Source: Chara braunii
Taxonomy: Eukaryota; Plantae; Charophyceae
Reading direction: 5' to 3'
Assembly: GCA_003427395.1 (NCBI GenBank)
Contig: BFEA01000046.1
Coordinates: forward strand, 1,366,573-1,410,688
DNA: 44,116 nucleotides
Positions 22,491-33,487 of this stretch are shown here, piece by piece; position 1 is the stretch's first letter, and the number at the start of each line of letters is the position of its first letter. Position numbers and translations under genes: made by a program. Below the pieces are notes generated by a model, which did no database searches, was not told the origin of the DNA, and saw only the letters and a list, made by a program, of their open reading frames with translations.

Positions 22491-25400
22491 CTATTTCATC
22501 GGCAGCTCTCTGACGGGCGCAAAAACCCTCGCTGATTTCGTACAATGTCTGAATTTTAATCCACTCACTGTGAGGTTATGCTCGTTTAGTAAGTCTAGGA
22601 CCTTGCATAGATCTTGCACATGATCCCAGACAAATCGTCTAATCCCTGGCATCACCTCTTGCTCATTCTTCTTCTTTGACTTTTTCACAGCCAGATCATC
22701 AATGTACGACAGTGTAATATGAGGACTTATTGGCTGCATAACCCTTACCATATGCCTTTGAACCATTGCATTCACATTCGTCCACCTTTATGATGCGACA
22801 TTCATATGCATCAGACCCCGAGGAGTATGCATTGCCGTCATAGGTTTGTCCAACGGGTAAACATGAAATTGGTCGTAACCAGAGTATAAATCTATAAGTT
22901 ATATTATAGACCGCCCGACGTAGGCTTCCGAAAGTGCATCAGCGTTCGGCCGACCTCCTGCATCTCTTACAGTCACACATTTAGTCGCGGAAGATTCTTT
23001 ACCCATTGCAAAGTCTCATTTGGTTTGACGAAGTAAAACCAAGGAGCAAAACCAAAGGGATGCATATGGTCCACTCAAATAGTCTGACACATGCGTGCGA
23101 ATTTTCCCATCGAGGTCGTTTACCACTTTCTCCTCGTCAGTTGGATAGGGATATTGCGCACCTCGCAAGTTCCATGGTTCGTATGACACAGTATGTATCT
23201 GAATCATCGTAATTTCGTCAATATCAAGGCGATCACGTTCGTCATTATTGAAGGCATATGTAGTATGTCTTCCCTTTATGGTCTCCATCATCAAACGTCT
23301 CTCTTGCGTTGTAAGAAACCCTGACTCTTCTATTATCAGTGCTTCCTCCGTTTCCTGACTCTTTCAGAGCCTCTACAGTCTCTGGGTCCTCCATCCCTTA
23401 GGTCGACACTACGTCCATTGCATCACCTATACTTGCTAAGCTAAGGGTCAACACTTCCGGTTGTCTCCCCCCCTTCAAACGCATCCCTTCATAACCTCCT
23501 TCTTTCCTCTTCTGACTCCTCAATCGTGAAGGAGTCAGGATTGGGCCAGTTCCTTATACTTCGCGGCCCCGTATTCCTGCATGTGATAACCTCATAGTTT
23601 CCACAGACTGGGTCGCATAAGACAAGGAACATTGTTCCATCATGCTTGTTAAGTATGAGGGTCTCAGTCCTGCTCAAGGAGGATCGGCCCAACAGAATGG
23701 GATGATCGAGATCAGGCATTATGAAAAAACAACTTTTCACTTTGACCTTGCCAATCTCCAAAATTACTCCCGATGCGGTCCCCACAAACATTGACCGACT
23801 ATTCGTTCCCATTAGAACTCCATTATCGGAGCAATCAATTTTCATTCCCAAACGCAAAGCATGCTCCTCGTTTATGAGGTTCATCTTTGCGCCAGTATCC
23901 ACCATCGTCGTGCATGTCTTTCCTTTCACTATCACATCCAAGCACCCACATGCGATGGCCTTTCAGTCCATCTTCGTGCCTGTCTCCGCCCATTCTGCTT
24001 CCTTGAGGATTATGGCCCCCATACGCACGCTAGCCACCATCTTTTTGGACAGTTGTGGTTTGATCTCGTCTCGAAGCCTTTGGGCTGAAGCCAGGACATC
24101 CTTCAGGTTCATAAGGTGATGATAGCCCTCAAGGATCCTGTCCATCATTTCCTCCACATCATACCCTTCTTCCACTCGGATAGTGTACTTTTTTTTCTTC
24201 CCTTCTGGAACTCTGTCCGTGTCAGTCTTAACACCCCTTTTTTTGGCTCTCTGCTTGGCTCTTTTATCCTCTTCTTTCCTCAACCTCTCATCCTCCTCGT
24301 CCTCATCCTCCGGGATGTCCACAGTCCCTTTCTCCCCACTAGGCTCAGGAACATATTTCGTTGGCTCATCGGAGCTCACCGGCCCCTTAGCCCTTGTCCT
24401 GACTGTCTGTGGCGCCCTTCCTGACCTTGACGGTGGCCTAAAAGCCATCCTGGATCGAGGCGTCAGTCCTGAAATCGTCACGCCAGGTAAGTTCCCAGGC
24501 CCTTCTTGCGCTCCTGGACCCATATCGTAGAGATATACTAGCGGTCTTTTACCTTTCCATTCCCTGATCTCCTCTCACATACAAGTCAATTTCCTTTGGT
24601 ACCTCACGATCTTATCCACTAAGTCCTCCCACCTTTCCATCGACCTCCGTACCTCGTTCCAACAACCTTCTTCGATTTCATCGTCCGATTCCACCACGAT
24701 TGGCTCCTCTCTCACGGTGTCGGCTTTCCTCTCTTGCTCTACCTCCTCATTCTCTCCTATTTCTTCCACTCTCACATCATGACGGACCTCTTCTTCTTGC
24801 CAGATCCGGAACATAGCCGGAGGAGCGGGTGGCATGTCGGCCTTGGCTCGTCGCAAGGCCTCCTTTCTTGTCCCTCCAGGAGTCTTAGGATCAATGTAGT
24901 ATCCAAACTCATCGTATATATCGCCATCATAATTGATACTAATCAACCCTTCATCTTCGTAGTTTCTGCGAACATGGCAGAAATTAATCGTATGGCCTTT
25001 CTGCCCACAGTACCAACAAATCGCACTTCGCCAATTTATCCGACCTCTGCCAAAACCTCGCCACATTCTTGACTTCCTGACACGTTCCAATCCCCGTTTC
25101 CTCCTCCGTTCTCCGTTGGAGTTACCACTTCCATTTTTTCTGTCGCCGCTTCCGCGGCCACCATTTCCTTGCCCTTTGGCCCCATCCTTGATTTTGCCCA
25201 CGTCTGCCACCTTGATTCCCTTGTGACCCTTGCGGCACCGGCTATTGTGGTTGGCTTAGTTGTTGATTTGGCTGACCTATTTGTTGAGATTGGGATCCCT
25301 GACACCCACAAGAAGCCATACTCAAGGGAGCCCTTGGACAAGGTCCATGTTGCCCACTTACCGACCATCGTGCGTATGGATTATACCCAGGCCAAGGACT

Positions 25401-26365
25401 TGGACTTGGGGGTCCATAGCCAGGCCATGACCCATAGGGCGATAGCCCAGCCTGGTCATGTGACTCAGGCGATGGCATTACTGCCCCCTGCGAGCCTTGA
25501 CCCTTTACTGAACCTTGTCCTCCGTGAGCCAGATTTTGACCTTTCTCTGTGCCTTCGTTAACTTCTGAGGTTCAGTTTCTTCCTCTTCTTCTTCTTTTTC
25601 TTCTTGTACCACTGTTTTCTTCACTCTTCCCTGGAGCTGCGTTACTGTCATTACCTTTTTTGCAGCATTCGCCTCTTTCGTGGCTTCAAGTTGGGCCACT
25701 ACCCCCTCTACAACTTTCTTACGGTCCTGACCGCTACTTGTCGTGGGGTGCATGACCTTTCTCTTCTTTCTTGCCTGCCACATTTGGAAAATGTCTAGAT
25801 GGTCCAATTCCTCATCTGTTACACTTTCTTTTATTGTGACCCAAGTGAGTTTTTTTCCTGGGGCGCCTCTCTTTGATAGCGTCGAGGCTTCAAAGTTCGT
25901 AAAGTGACCTAGGAAAGTCGCGCACTGTTCTTTTTCTGCCATGCCAGAAACCTTCATCGCCATCTTCTCGAAGGCTGTCGTGAATGCACCCACCGTGGTG
26001 AACTCATTTCAATGTAGCATTTCCAGGTCCGCTTTCATCAGCAGACCATCCCCCAACTTGAAGAGCCTTTGCATTTCTTTTTTGAAACTTGTCAAAACTC
26101 CTGCTACACCAGCAACCACCTTCATTATCTCAGGTCAGATTTCCCACCAAACGTATCTGGGCATCAATTTGAACTTGTCTGCCTCAGATGCCTCACTAGT
26201 GACCTGCTCGAACAACTCGAGGCACTCAGATACCCTCTCTCCTCTTAAATGAAAGATGTCGACCTTGGGAACCTGTAGCCTCGTCAGTTCTCTCTTTTCT
26301 ATCGCCTTGATAATATCCTTTGGTGTAGTTGTCGGGCCTCGCTTAATTCCATCCGCATCCGACAT
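22491..26365 (-). pseudogene. Ty3/gypsy gag-pol remnant: gag, CCHC knuckle, aspartic protease, RT; RNase H and integrase absent
   Basis: CWYCGQKGHTINFC (24977-25018), protease MVDTGAKMN...ILLGR (23489-23941), RT IDLYSGYDQF...TPRG...YIDD. PR followed directly by RT fits gypsy order. Similarity stops at ~22535. Confidence 0.93.
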
Positions 26366-26386
26366 CACTATTCCCCCTTCTTAAAC

Positions 26387-26895
26387 CTGTTGAGAATAAG
26401 AAAGGATAACCCATTAACAATTCAGTAACTATGTACGCGCTTTACCTAAGTCATAATCTATCATACTTACTATTTCTTACTAATCACAATTACATCCACT
26501 TCTACTAACCTATTACTACTTACCTAGGGACATAGTTATACTCTCAATCATAGTCATGATCTTTTACTCTTATTGCCTACATTACCGTCAGTATCACGAC
26601 TTATATACCACACACACCTCCCTTATGTAATATAACGTTTGTCGTTTTGCCTATACCATCAGTCTGCACTTAACATAAGTTCGTTCACTTAAGGACTCAT
26701 GTAAGCAGCCGATATCCCCCACAACGGCGCCACCTATCGAGCCCATCGGTTCCACAGGGAGACCCTCCCGGCCACGTCACGTAGGATTTTGCAGGACTTC
26801 GTCGGGGGGCCCGGTTTGCCGCTCCGGCCGAGTGCGCCAGCCGTACCTCTCGTGAGTTTCTATGACAGGACAGGGTCATGCAAGGCACTGCTTAC
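26387..26895 (-). other. Putative spliceosomal intron in the gypsy 5' leader
   Basis: Donor GAAG|GTAAGC at 26895. Acceptor CCTTTCTTATTCTCAACAG|G at 26387, about 21 nt upstream of the gag ATG (26365). Confidence 0.5.
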
Positions 26896-27825
26896 CTTCA
26901 CCCGCGAGAACTGTCGCCATCCCTTGGGTGGGCGTATCCCCACCGAGCTACTGGACCAAGTGCGAACGTTTTTCGTATGCAATCGCAGAGGTGGTCCGTC
27001 CGAGGACGTTTCTTATTCGCTGTAGCATAGGGGGTACGCGCGGTCAACGCCCCTCAATCGGACCCACACACGAATCGATGAATTGAGGGGCTGAGGTCCC
27101 AAGCATGACTCGTCGTCGGTTGACTAGAACGCAATTCACTCACCACGCGTTACACCACACTTAAAAATTTGAAATAACACACAAAAAAACAAAATAAAAC
27201 TCTCCTCTCGTAGTCCCTTCAGTGTCCGACCCATAACCTTTTAACATGGAAATCGATTAGGCAGCGCAAGTGAAACTTAAGATAAAATCACGAGGGCGTA
27301 GGGCTTTCTCATATCGACTAGTCATGCAAGCATACGCAAGCAGTCGCTACGATGAAGTACTGTGTAGTACCCAAAATCATGCGACCCTCGATAATCTCGG
27401 GGATCACATTTCGGCACTCAAGTGTCAGTTAACACGTGCCTTGAGGGGTTAATCTCTCGACGCTAGACAACCGCCAAGGCGGTTGATCACCACACACTCT
27501 TCTGCACCCTGCGGAGAGTGGGTGGTACACAGGTTCCGACCTATGGTGGCAGTCAACTCTCGTGGCCTAGGAGGCGAGCTCCATCATCAAGGACCTGGAG
27601 AGAAAATCAAGGGGTTTAACTTTGACGGTTGTCACAGACTACAACGTCCAACCATAATAACTCTAAAAAGCAAAAGGTAAAAGGGGATCTCCCTTATCTC
27701 TCAAAACATATGTTTTAAGTTTCCCACGTGGTCACAGTAGACCGTACAGATACTGAATATATATTTATGTATAAGCGGGAGCATATACATATACGCGTAT
27801 GAGAGGTTATGAAATGCGGGAGTAT

Positions 27826-27840
27826 CACTTCTCACAGCCA
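27826..27840 (-). promoter_or_regulatory. Primer-binding site, tRNA-Leu-like
   Basis: TGGCTGTGAGAAGTG lies 1 nt after the LTR end TACA. It resembles the complement of a eukaryotic tRNA-Leu 3' end (TGGTGTCAGAAGTG) with one insertion and one mismatch. Confidence 0.55.
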
Positions 27841-27841
27841 C

Positions 27842-28768
27842 TGTAGGGTTCCCTTCAACCATTATAGCTATGCCAAACAAGGGTAGTCCAAGTAGCCAAG
27901 CAGAAGTTTGTGCGGTATCAGACGATCATTCTCACATCAGTTGTGTGGCTTGTCCATCCGCATTCACACAATACTTAGACTATCACCAAGCTCAATTCAA
28001 AGATCTTATAAGCATACCTGCAATCGCACAGAGTTCAAACAACAACATCACACACACTAAGGGAGTAAACTTTACTGCTTTCTGTGACTCATACCCTGCC
28101 TTATGCATACAAGCCCCAACCAATTTCCACCAACCCTTAAGAAAGGTACTCAGTCTTAAAAAATGGCCACTTTGAAAGAAATCTGGGTGAAAATCCCATA
28201 AAATTCGAAAAACCCACAAAAATCAAGGCATTAGGTTGAGATGCAGAAGCAGAGAAGTTGTGTCGTAAACCGACCTGTCATCGAGAGATAACAGAGGAGT
28301 GATCCCTCGTAGGATCACGCTGAACGAATCAAGCCTTGAATCAAATTCGTAGACCTGCATCACAATCCAAGCCAAAACGGACCAAATACTACGTTCAAGG
28401 CAGATGGAGGGTAAACACCAGTCAATAGTCTAACTTTTGTACTAACGTTCACCTTGCCTCTCTCGGAAGTTATCAAGAACTTTGGCACTGTCTTGCCAAA
28501 GTTTTCCCTAACAGAAAATCATATAACTCTCCAGCCTTCTCAAAATTTTCGGCAGCACTTCCCGTAGGAAAAGTGTCTTTTCAAAATTTTTAGGAATCCA
28601 AAAATGATTCACTTTTTTCAGGTCTGTGAAAATTTCGGCAGCGCTCCCCGTAGGAACATGAGGCTACCAAGGTTTATACAGAGCTGAAAATTGCAAAGAC
28701 AAAGTACAACTATACTTGAGACTAAATCCTTACGTTTACTTGATAGTTAGAACTGAAGATAGTTTACA
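27842..28768 (-). mobile_element. Putative LTR (927 bp) of the gypsy element
   Basis: Termini TGTA...TACA, PBS-like sequence on the gag side and a purine tract on the other side. Internal duplicated motif AAAATTT(T)CGGCAGCRCTYCCCGTAGGAA (~28542, ~28629). No second LTR in the window to confirm it. Confidence 0.6.
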
Positions 28769-28784
28769 TGATCCTCCTTTAAAG
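28769..28784 (-). promoter_or_regulatory. Polypurine-tract-like sequence
   Basis: AAAGGAGGATCA immediately precedes TGTAAAC, the LTR start on the - strand. Confidence 0.45.
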
Positions 28785-29054
28785 ATGGTATCATGAGTTA
28801 CCACCAGTCCTGACTTCTAGTAAGGTCAGCCCTACTATGTCCGAAGCTTCCCCCTCATCATCCATGTCACCTACCTATACCTCCAACACTCAGCGAGCAT
28901 CTGAATCAACTAAGCTATCAAACGATGCCCCAGACGAGTGCCCGGAAACATGCATCAACAAACATCCCTCTCCGTCCCACATCAATTTGATCCAAGTAGT
29001 TCGTTAATCTCTCAGTTCTTTTAACCCACAATAACCACCCTTTCCTATGGCATA

Positions 29055-30355
29055 GGATCAAACCGCCCCAACTTAGGGGTACGCCTGACCTGCCTAAGCA
29101 AAACAAATAGAATACGCACAACTACACTGTCCCAACTTAGGGGTATGCCTAGCTTACATGACTGAAACGTATGTCCTGACCGCCCCAACTTAGGGGTATG
29201 CCCGACCCAACATAAACAATGAACATAAAGCATATGACCAGACCACCCCAACTTAGGGGTACACCTGGCTTCTACTTAACTGACGACATGAGGCATAAGG
29301 CCAGACTGCCCCAACTTAGGGGTATGCCTAGTTAGCCTTAAACGAATTTTACATAGGGCATAGGGTTAGACTGCCCCAGCTTAGGGGTATGCCTAACCTG
29401 CGTAAACAAATACGAATGACGAATGGTCAGACCACCCTAACTTAAGGGTACGTCCAACTTACATAACGTCAACGACAAAAGGCATATCGCTAGACCGCCT
29501 CAACTTAGGGGTACGCCTAGTTAGCCTAAGCAGTTTAAGCTACATAAGGCAATGCGACCAAACCCCCCTAACTCAAGAGATCGCCTGATCTGCCTAAACA
29601 AGTTATGGATGATGTATGACCAAGCCGCACCAACTTAGGGGTACGCTTAGCCTCCGTAACAACAGTTAAAACAACCATAAATATTTTCCACAAACTTTAC
29701 ATTTTTCTTTCTTCTTAGGCAAATGGTCAGACCTACCCAACTTAGGGAGACATCCAACCCTGCCTTGTGTTTAAAAGGGAGAATAAAAAAAAATTATACT
29801 AACTATCTGTCTTTTTATGTTATCATGGTCATAGGACTAAGCCGCCCTAACTTAGGGGTACGTTTAGCTTGCCCAAGTTACCTTCAAATTATATTTTTCA
29901 CTTGCTTTCCTTTTTTTTTCTTTTCATACCTGACATATTGACTGGACTTCCCAACTTACGGTGTCAGCCTATCAGATGCGTATAATATATACATACATAT
30001 ATCAGTTTTTATAATTGGGATTACCTTTTAAATTCATGGCTCATGGCTAGGCCGCCCCAACTTAGGGGTACGCCTAGTCTCATGTCGTTGTCCCCCTCAG
30101 AAGAAAACACACACAAAATTGGGTTTATGCAACTTAGAATATCCTCAGTCCTGTTTTTAGCAACCCAAAAGAAACATCAGGAATTTGAGCCTTCCCAACT
30201 TAGGGCGCCCGTCCTCCTGTTCAGAAACCCCAAAAGAAAACAAGTGGTTGGACCGTCCAACTTAGGATAAACCCAACCCTCAAAGGTCATACATTCAGCC
30301 CAACAACAAAAATAAAACATAGCACTGGACCCACTCAACTTAGAGAAATTCAGCC
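29055..30355. repeat. Array of ~18 palindromic stem-loop repeats (consensus AGACCGCCCC-AACTTA-GGGGTACGCCT) with variable spacers
   Basis: Loop starts at 29070, 29134, 29187, 29250, 29313, 29378, 29439, 29502, 29570, 29632, 29739, 29849, 29953, 30059, 30131 (degenerate), 30197, 30259 and 30337. Confidence 0.95.
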
Positions 30356-30665
30356 TTGGGTTGAATTGGTCAAACGCATGCAAAATACCTTTCTCCCGCC
30401 TTCCCCTTGTTTCATTTTCTTAATTCAAACAGATCAAATATTTGACTTTCACACATAATTCATTCCTTTCAGTTCGCAGTGGTTCAAGAAATAAAGCACA
30501 AACAATATAAAGTCAAAAAATAGTCTTTATCATAGTCCGACTTAGAAAAAGGTAGTAGATTTAGAGGAATACAGGATCACACGAGTAAAGGGAGATTATA
30601 CCTGAGTGTTCCCTGCCTCCAGAAGCCCGCCTGGACTCCGGCAGAGCTCCCGCAATCGGTGGGGC

Positions 30666-30832
30666 GAACCTCCCACAGAGGCCTTGGCACGGGGTCGGGA
30701 CCGGTAGGTCACGACATAAGTCTTGTCCATTGAGAGGCAGTATACCGCAGAATTGTGCACGACAGAGAAAACCGGAGGCAAGTATACCGCAGAATTGTGC
30801 ACAGTGAACCTCCCACATAGGCCTTGGCACGG
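30666..30832. repeat. Nested short direct repeats (GAACCTCCCACAKAGGCCTTGGCACGG x2, AGTATACCGCAGAATTGTGCAC x2) in a decayed - strand ORF
   Basis: Seen directly. The first repeat encodes PCQGLCGRF twice on the - strand. Confidence 0.8.
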
Positions 30833-33269
30833 ATTACGAGTTTCAATCCCGCCTGCCGCCTTCCTCTCGGAACCAATCAGACTAAATTTAGAGTAAGAAG
30901 GCCAGAAGTAGGGGTCATGAAGTCTCTCAGATACAAGGGAAGTGCTCTCAAACTCGCGGGAGAGGACCTTGTTATCTTCAATCGTCTGAGGGCCCCACAA
31001 TGGTGGCCAATGAAACGCAGCAAAGATCCTCACCTAACGACCATAGGGCAGAATATCAGCCCCTGAATGCCCTCCAAGTAAGCAGCGACCCTCCTCTAAC
31101 CAAACAGTAGATGCGCAATGTAGAAGGGTTGTGTTCAAATAAAGCACACTCTCGTGATCTATCCGAGGCGCAGGTCAAGCTCGCCAATACTTCAATTAAC
31201 ACAACTATGCACACAATAGATGTGCGTGGTAGTCAATCAAAAATGGCAATGCACAACGTTGCACATCGCCGCACCGCCGCTGTGTGTAGTAGTAGTGCCC
31301 TTAATACAGGGACCGATTGTTGCAGTAGACCGACAATTTCCTCGAGCAGCACTCCCCTGTGCGATTCAACAGTGTGCTTTGCCTAACCGAGTAGTCGCAG
31401 ATCACCAACCTCTGGGAGCCCGTCTAATTTGCAACAACAACCCCCTTTTTAAGTCCTCAGTGCCTTCCTTCTCATAAAAAAATGTGGTCATGTAGTTTAG
31501 GAAGGCTGCGTATGCATAGAGCATACCCATGTGCTCTGTTCGAGCTGCAACGAAACTCAACAACACATCAACAAGCACAACTTTGCATGCAGTAGCACCA
31601 CGTTGGAGTAATATATAACGCAAGACATAGTAAGGGACAGTGTTGCGCTCAGCGAGTGTATGGCAAAAGTGCACATTGTACCACAAAAAGAACTGAACAT
31701 AATACAGGGTACACAGCCAGACAGCGTCGTACAACAGTAAGCACAACAAACACACAGCAATTGTCGTGTAGCAACGATAGACCTCCGTGCTTTCTCCCTA
31801 GCCGATCATTAGCAGCAACGTCGCTACTCGAAATACTCAGCAGTATCATCGACCTTGACTGCAGCACTGCAACATCTCCGTTGAAGGTCGACTTGGCAAC
31901 GACTTCAAGACCAGGCCGCAACAGCAGCCACCGTGGTTTAGGCAGAGTCCTCTTAGCCTGTAACCATTACAAGGATCCGATGAGTTTACAACGAGGACTG
32001 ATAAATCATGCTCTCTCTCAGTCTGTGCCTAAATTAGAACCCAAAATCAACTGAGTTTTTGCCCTTCTTTTTTTCGCGAGTCTTCGACTTTAAAAGCAAC
32101 GGTAGGCGTCGGTAGCTAGCCCAGCAACACCAGTTCAGAACCCAACGACTCGGAGTATTAGTCGGTGACACAGTAAATGCAACGCTTCGTACTTTATCCG
32201 AAATCGAAGCAAAAAAAACTGCGAATTGGAGTAGAATACTGTGTGCACAACAACTACGCATAGTAATCGGCACAGTAACTGTGTACGGTACCAAACGCAT
32301 ACGCCATAGTCCCTCACGACAAGCTCGGCGATACCTAATGCAAAAACCCAGCAACTTGCGACATAAACCAAACACAATCAAAGTGATATACAGTAGCGCA
32401 ACAACCAACAACTCGTGGCTAAGTCAACTAGTAGTCGTAGAAGTAAACTTGGTCAAAACCACTTATAGTTCTTAGCAGCTCGTTTCAGCAATACTAGCCA
32501 AAGAACCATTAATCAATCATATCCTCAGTCTCATTCAACAACTCCAACCCAAAATGGCATGTTTGTTTCAAAGATTAACTGACTAAATTTCCCACAGTGG
32601 CCGCGGAAACAAACTGCTTTCCTAATACCGCCAACTATGCTTAAAGTCGTAGTCAACGATTCTATTGACGGAGGAGGGAAGAAAAAGCTTAACAGGCTTC
32701 AAACGTAGGTAAATGCACCGATATTCAGTTCACTAACACTGTAGATACCAAGAAACTGCGGTGTTGAATGCCAGAATGGATACGAATAGCAAAATGCCCA
32801 GCAACAACGAATTTTGGGGTGGGCGGATAGCCACCTTATAAAAACAACAATACTGATTACGACCACCAGCAGGGTACTGACGAGGTCTGGTACAAGGGCT
32901 TCTACCGAAAATAATGCGCCAATGGATCTTTCACTATATCGTGGAAAGATGCAGCTAGTGAAGTAGGGAGCGATTACATCATTGACAGGATGAGCTAAGC
33001 CGGAATGAATTTCCTGCTAGAATACGGTCAAATACGCCGCTTTCCAGTAATGCTTTGCAGAGAGATAGCGGGAGGCTACTTCCTCTGTCTCGGTTCAGTT
33101 ACTCGTTTCTCCCCACTCTGCCCTGACATTCAATCCTAACGCTGGCTTCACTCCACTTCCATTATTTAGGATTAGCAACGCACCGATCAATAGGTAAGTT
33201 TCCAACCTCGCGTCTCTCCCACGCTACTGTTCTGGCCATCTCGCCAGGTAAGTCTCCTCTTCCTTTTTT

Positions 33270-33273
<4 letters not shown>

Positions 33274-33360
<87 letters not shown>

Positions 33361-33390
33361 NNNNNNNNNNNNNNNNNNNNNNNNNNNNNN

Positions 33391-33484
<94 letters not shown>
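33274..33484. repeat. (CT)n microsatellite spanning a 30-N gap
   Basis: Seen directly. Confidence 0.98.

Positions 33485-33487
<3 letters not shown>

Noticed and set aside
28786-28797. TGGTATCATGAG as a tRNA-iMet PBS of a + strand element
   Set aside because: Only 8 contiguous matches and no preceding CA LTR end. The - strand PPT/LTR/PBS reading explains the region better, though this reading is not fully excluded.
29055-30355. Bona fide CRISPR array or interstitial telomere (repeat contains TTAGGG)
   Set aside because: Eukaryotic retroelement context, no cas genes, repeats too variable and spacing irregular. TTAGGG occurs once per unit, not in tandem.
32877-32911. Hammerhead ribozyme core CTGACGA...GAAA
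   Set aside because: Stems I and III and the NUH cleavage triplet cannot be formed.
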